Positions 58,183 through 64,000 of a stretch of 64,000 nucleotides of DNA are shown here, one piece after another (positions within the stretch are counted from its first letter, which is position 1; the number at the start of each line of letters is the position of its first letter). Below the pieces are notes generated by a model. It saw nothing but the letters and a program-made list of their open reading frames with translations. It did not search any database and was not told where the DNA came from. Position numbers and translations under genes: made by a program. Source of the stretch: Vitrella brassicaformis CCMP3155 (taxonomy: Eukaryota; Protista; Chromerida); contig CDMY01000738.1 in NCBI GenBank assembly GCA_001179505.1, positions 124,001 to 188,000 on the forward strand, in the 5' to 3' direction.

Positions 58183-59360
58183 GTAAGTAAACAGTATTCG
58201 CTTCTCATGGATTTGTATGTGTGCGTGTGTGTGTGCGTGTGTAGGAGGCTCTTCGTTGCCGTGGCTGGGGTAGCGGTTTTGATCGCCGCCGCGATTGTGC
58301 TCGGCCTCATGCTGCCATACTCCTTCTCACACACATGTAAGGACACCTACCTTCACACACAAAGACATCACCACCCTTCCCTCCCTCCCTCCCTGCATGT
58401 CATGTGCAGCCCCTATAGTGCCGGTGGGTATCGAGGGCGCCGTTGTGGCCGCCAAAAGGACCTTCTATGCCCCAGGTAGGTAGGTAGGTAGGTAGGTGGG
58501 GGCGGCGGGGATAGGACACAAACGTCTCATGTCCATCACACCTGTGGTGTGCGTGTGTGTCTGTTGCTCGCTGCGAGTGCAGGTGGCTACATTTTGGATG
58601 GCCGTGACCCAGTGGCGTACCGGAAGCTCGAAAGAAATGCTGAGGTATCCATCCATCCATCCACACAAATGGAGAGGTGGAGTGCATCGCATGGGATCTC
58701 GTGTGTGTGTGTGTGTGTGTGTGTGTGCAGCCAGTGATGGGCAGGAAAGGCGATTCGACGCTCGAGAGCGACTACAAGGGGCTCTTCAAGGTACGCATCG
58801 ACGTTGCTTAGGTCGTGAATCGACAAGTTGTGTGTGTGAGTCTGTTCTGTTGCCCAGGTTGCCTTTGCCAGCAAGGAGCACAAGGAGATGTTTGATACCA
58901 ACCCGCGTAAGCAAGCATCGATTCCACACACGTGTGGTGTGCATACCCATTTGTGTGTGTTGTGGGTGCAGGTGCGTATCTGCCCAAGTACGGGGCCTGG
59001 TGTGCCTGCGTCATTGCTCACGGAGGTCAGTAAGTGCACACACACACACACACACACACATACGAAGACACATTGCGTTGATATATTCACTCAGAGTACC
59101 GGCCGGCCGACCCGACAATGTGGGAGGTCCACGAGGGGGAACTTTATGTCGCCCACGGCCAGCGGGAGCTGGTCAGTGGAGCACTTGCAACTGCACATGG
59201 CTGTGATGCACACTTCAAACGCACACAGAGAGAAATGCATCTGAGTGTGTCCGCTCCGCGTGTGTGTGAGTATGGTGTGCAGGAGGTGTGGCGTGCCGAC
59301 CGTTCTGGTTTCATCACGGAGGGCAACCGCTTTTGGGCGGCTCAGGGGTGGGCCAACTAG
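58177..59360 (+). CDS. Membrane-anchored bacterial-type YHS-domain (seleno)protein family member, Cys form
   Basis: TM RLFVAVAGVAVLIAAAIVLGLML; ILDGRDPVAY...PVMG...FASKEHKEMFDTNPRAYLPKYGAWCA...ADPTMWEVHEGELYV...W..D..GFITEGNRFW matches the GYDPVAY...F.S......F..NP..Y.P.YGG.CA...DP..W.I..G.LY pattern. Confidence 0.85.
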
Positions 59361-60781
59361 CGGACGTACTTACATGTACTCACTCACTGATATACTCAGT
59401 CCGTATGTGTGTACCATGATGTCTGGATGGTACATTCGTCTCTGGCTGGTGTCACGTCACAGTGGTTGGTGTTTTTGTTTGTGGCTGCATGTGTGTGTAT
59501 TAGTGTGTGTGTGTATGTGTGGGGGCGGCCGGTCTGATCGATCCTATCCATGACACGTGGTGCATGCGCATCACGGATACTTTATTGTGTAGTTCCCCCT
59601 CTCCCTCTCTCCCTTCCTCCCGCCCTCTTGTCTGTCTGTCTGTCTGTCTGTCTGCTCTCTGTGTCTCCCTCCCTCTTGCCAGCCGTGTATGTATGTGATT
59701 TATTCGTTCCCTCCAGCAAGCAGGACAAGACACTCATAGACACATGGGGCGGGGGCGGCCATACATACATACGTACGTGCAGGTGTGTGTCACTAGTGTT
59801 TTTGGTCCTTCTGTGTCTCTTGTCTGCGAGCTGCGATGTGTATCCTCCGTCCCTGCCTCCATCCATCCATCCATCCATTGTTTTTCTGCTCGCTTGGTGT
59901 TTTTCACTCTCTTGCTGTGGGGGTGGAATCCTGCCTGCCTCCTGTGTCTTGAACTGGTGAGAGGATGTGGCATGAGTAGCTAGGTGATTGTCTGTGTGGA
60001 TAGTACATGCAGTGCCTGTGTGGCGTCTGCGGGTGGCCATGTGCAGAATTAACAATGGTGTGTAAGACTCGTTAAGACTCGTCTGCTCCAGTAGATCACA
60101 TGCGCAGTGCCCCCCCCCCCTCCCTCCCTCCCTCCCTCTCTGCACACACAGCCCACCCCTGCGCACATCCCTGTGTGTGGGAAGGTGCCTGTCTGCCTGC
60201 TGCGCACTCCTGCACACCAACAGTCGACCGGTGGATGGATGAACGTACCGCAAAGACCGATGACTGATTTGACTAGCCATCACGCTCCCCCCCACACACA
60301 TACACGCACTTGAGAGCTCACGCGACGACGCCGATCCCATCGGAGCAGAGAAGTGCTGTCTTCAAAGACTTTTGCACGGGCAGCATCGATACCCATCAAG
60401 TCTGGCAGAGCAGCAGACAGATAGACAGACAGGCACTTAGACAGAACATACTGCCAGAATCAGCCACACCACACTACACCCTCTCTTGCTTCTTGTCTCA
60501 CTAGCAAAGGACGACCAGATATGATATGTACATGTGTGTGCATAATCGACAGACACGTGGATGGGATGGATCATACCAATGGCATCCATCCAGTCACTTG
60601 AGGCAAACACACACCAGCCACCCTCTACGCCCACCCACTTGATGTTATCCATACCTCTACACGTACGGTGCTCGTGCTTAAACAAAGACGCGCGAGCCTT
60701 TACACATTCACCCATCCTATACTATGTGTGTGCGCCAAGGCACTCACCCACACACGCACCCACACATGTGTTGTGGTGTGT

Positions 60782-61414
60782 CTACCAGTAACCGCCGTAG
60801 CCACCGCCGTAGCCACGGCCATACCCACGGCCGTAGCCACCGCCACCATACTTCTTGTTCTTGTAGCCATACCACTTCTGCTTGAGCTTGTTCTTGTAGT
60901 ACTTGAGCTTGTCCCAGAAGTCCGGGCCCAGCCTCCGCTCTGTGGGACTCGATGACTCCTCCACAGCCTCCAGGCCACTGGGCTCATCTTCATCTTCATC
61001 TGCACACACACCACACACACATACAGTACGTGGCCAAAATAATCTATGACGTGTGTGGTTGCGGGGGATGTCTGTCTGCACACCCACCTGTCGGTGCCGC
61101 CGTCGGCTCATCAGCCGCGACCTCATCGTCTGCTGCCGCTGGCTCCGTCACAAGAGCATCAGACACACCACCTACTTACAAGCACACAGACAGGTACACA
61201 CGAAAGGCGTACCTGTGGCTGCGAGGCATCTATGTCACTTCGTGTGTGCGTAAGTACCATCGGATGTCACTTCGTCGGTGTCATCAGCTTCCCCGCCTCG
61301 CAAACGCCGGGCCGCCGCAGACGGAGCATCGGCATTTGCAGCCCGCCGCTTCTGATCATCAGCGCAGACCAGTGCGATGCCGAGCAGGCACACCAGCAGG
61401 GAAAGGAGCTTCAT
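60782..61414 (-). CDS. Secreted prepro-peptide (3 exons, ~152 aa): signal peptide, acidic propiece, RRL sites, cationic Lys/Tyr/Gly-rich C-terminal peptide
   Basis: MKLLSLLVCLLGIALVCA-DDQKRRAANADAPSAAARRLRGGEADDTDEVTSD/GGVSDALVTEPAAADDEVAADEPTAAPT/DEDEDEPSGLEAVEESSSPTERRL-GPDFWDKLKYYKNKLKQKWYGYKNKKYGGGGYGRGYGRGYGGGYGGYW*; both introns are phase 1 GT-AG. Confidence 0.88.
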
Positions 61415-61744
61415 CGGTCGTGGAGCGGACGGACGACGGGTGGAAACGCAGACGAGCAGCGGGCAGGTGAAGAGACGACAACAACAACAACAACAACAAG
61501 GGGCTGGCTGAAGAGAATAATGAGGAGAGAGAGACTCGGAGTCAAAAGCGATGAGAGTGGAGGGAGTCGAGGGATGCTGCAGATGAGAGGACAGAAAGGG
61601 GAGAGGAGGAGAGAGGATCTCTCTCTGTCGTCGCACGGCTAACGCAGAGAGAGGAGGAGAGCGCGGGAACTGCAACGGCCGCGAATTATGTAAACGCTCT
61701 CATGTGGGATTGCACGAAAACTTTCGAGGATGTCTGTTCATATC

Positions 61745-63992
61745 ATGAACTGATTGCTTCCGATGTGCGACGCGTCTTGATCATTCGAAACTCAGACAAA
61801 GAGATCCTCGTGGATGTACAGCGACAACAGTCGATCTGTCCTCACACGCAGACGCGTACACACACATCAGACTGCGAGACACACAATCAGCCGAACGTGT
61901 GATGGTCGCCTGCGCACACACCACAACACACACAGACACACACTCACGACACGCATCTCCATCGATCGATCGATCTGACTCGTCTGTCTACCTTTCCTGA
62001 GTTTTGTGGTGAGTTTGGGTTCTCTGTAGTCGATGGCCGTCCTCTCCCTCATTCGCCTCGGCCCTCGCTCCTCTCCCCCTGTCCGCCCCCGACCATCGCT
62101 GCTCGCCCCCTGCTGGTGCTGGTGCTGGTGGTGCTGCTGTTGGTGTTGTTGGTGTGTTGGTGCGGAGGATGACGGCGGCCTGTGTCGCTTGACGAAGAAG
62201 GGATAGAAGTCGAGCGGGCCGTCTGCATTTGAGCGGCGGCGCAGCTTGGCAGTGAGTTTGAGCGATGGTGGGCAGTAGTTGACTCCTCGGCTGTGGTTGC
62301 GCAAGTGATAGCGACATCCATTCACACACTCGCTGACCTCACGCTCACCCTCACACTCATCACCCCTGACAGACACAAACTCACACACACACACACACAC
62401 ACACAATGTCTCGCTGTCTCACTTCTTGCTGACCTGTGCTGCGGTGTGTCTCCATTGTCATTGTTGCCGTGTGGGTGTTGTGGTGGGTCGGTGCGATGGT
62501 GGTCGGGAGTGTCATTGATGTGCTGCGGTGGAGTGTGTGGGCCCGGCTGCTTCTGCTGCTCTTGGTGTTCGTCATCGTTGTCATCATGTTCCTGCATGCA
62601 ATTGGATGGGATGGGCGAGAGGGCGGGGCGATACCGACGGTGGGGATTGTGATTGTTGTTGTTGGCAGTGGGGCGACCCACACGAACACCGCTAGCCGTC
62701 ACACTGCCAAGACGGTGATGGTGGGCAACAGGCAAAGGGGATGCCACACGAACCTGACACATGCACACAAACAGTGAGTGCGCATCGAGTCTGATTTTCG
62801 TGTGTGGTTGGTTGACGTGTGATTGATTGTGCTGTCCCCTTCGCTGCCGCAGCACGTGATTCTCGACCACCTGACGACAGACAAACACACTATCTCACTT
62901 TGGGTGAGTGAGTGTTTGTTTGTGTCACGAGTCTGTTGATGGCGCTCCTCTGTGCGTCGATGATCCGCCTGGAGTGATCGATGTAAACCACACAGACACA
63001 AAGATGAGCTGTCATGTGTGTCGGCTTGCCTGATTCACTCACTCGTAGTATTGTGCGATGCTGTCAATGTCGCGCGGCACGCCCGCCCGCCGCCAGCGAT
63101 ACTGAACCGCACCAGACGGCGGCAATGGCTGCCTCACACCACTCATCATCACGATCATGCCACTTCCGACACACACGACCAAGAACGCTCTCAAATACTT
63201 GTCACTCACTCAATGACCGAGGCGAATTCGTTTTGTCCAAACGACCGATCGGTGTACATGTACAGTCGCCATCCAACGGTCAATCAACAAATGGGCTCAG
63301 TCAATCACACAGCCGACAACACAGACCGCTCTCGTGACCCATGTTTGGTCAGCTGCCGCCTGTCGCTGTTGACCTGGCCTTCCCTCTCCATCTCACCTCG
63401 TGGCCGCCTCGGCCCATGGCACTTCTGAGCGGCGACCTGCCGCTAAAATTGAAGGGCAACAATACATACCAGCAGACGATGGATGCGGCTGACTGCACAG
63501 TGTTGTCACCTGCCCCTTGAAAGTTCGACCTCAGCCTCCAGTCGCCGCCGCCTGGCCGCCTCCTGAACAACACATGATGGACCATACAGAGATAAGTAGT
63601 ACCACCACGAAGAGGCTGCGGCCGACTGACCTTTTTGTTGCGAGCGGCTTCTCGGCTGACGAGTGCATCGAACAGCCGTGTGAAGTCATCGTCATTCTCG
63701 ACGGCGCTGCGGAGAGCATCCTTGAAGGCCGACCGGACGGCTGAGGGAAGGGCCGGCAGGAGAGGAAGGATGCCGGGCACGTGATCCAGGCTCTGGCGGA
63801 TGACCCCGGCCGTCAGACGGATGACTCGGCTCTGAGCTGCGACGGATGCGGGGGTTATGGTGGTAAGCCTGCCGTCGAAGAGCTGTTTGAGCATGTCATT
63901 TGTGTCCCGCTTGTCCTCGAGGATGGTCTTGAGGGTTGTTGTCTGGGTCTGTCGGGCGTGGAGCTGTGTCTGCTGCTGTTTGGCGAGGAGGG
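61745..63992 (+). repeat. Segmental duplication block A' (direct copy of 10857-13071; may continue beyond the window)
   Basis: Co-linear high-identity match to block A. Confidence 0.95.
61867..63140 (-). CDS. Hypothetical low-complexity gene, second copy (block A')
   Basis: Paralog of 10980-12200 with altered polyQ/H lengths. Confidence 0.35.
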
Positions 63993-64000
63993 AATAATTA
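63305..64000 (-). CDS. BTB-family C-terminal-domain paralog, second copy, 5' part beyond the window or divergent
   Basis: MLKQLFDGRLTTITPASVAAQSRVIRLTAGVIRQSLDHVPGILPLLPALPSAVRSAFKDAL... matches 12382-13198. Confidence 0.55.

Noticed and set aside
58990-59030. Selenocysteine in the YHS protein
   Set aside because: The codon at the family's Cys/Sec position is TGT, and no in-frame TGA is needed.
1-64000. rRNA, tRNA, transposase, reverse transcriptase or viral hallmark genes
   Set aside because: None recognised by eye; small RNAs cannot be excluded without tRNAscan-SE or Infernal.

Overview
Eukaryotic nuclear DNA with short GT-AG introns rich in (TG)n/(TCTG)n/(GGAT)n microsatellites and GC3-rich exons. 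The intron style and the expanded BTB, F-box and ankyrin families suggest a chromerid such as Vitrella brassicaformis (inference, no search run). About 20 gene models were spliced by eye, so boundaries are approximate. Recognisable genes: secreted SMP-30/gluconolactonase, bacterial-type solute-binding protein-vWA fusion, helical-repeat organellar RNA-binding protein, rhodanese, single-domain voltage-gated cation channel with EF-hand, C20orf85/CIMIP1-like ciliary protein, M17 leucine aminopeptidase, DnaJ/DnaJ-X protein, CYB5D1 and a YHS-family protein. Superimposed is a duplicated accessory cassette: a ~5 kb BTB + transmembrane-F-box gene pair present as inverted copies (13248-18204 and 44571-49588), plus a ~2.2 kb adjacent block repeated directly at the window end (10857-13071 and 61745-63992). 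A stretch of decayed genes lies at 3.4-10.9 kb. The most intriguing items are a prepro-peptide gene releasing a 48-aa cationic Lys/Tyr/Gly-rich peptide (60782-61414) and the F-box/BTB cassette whose two copies diverge mainly in putative recognition regions. No rRNA, tRNA, CRISPR array or transposase was recognised.
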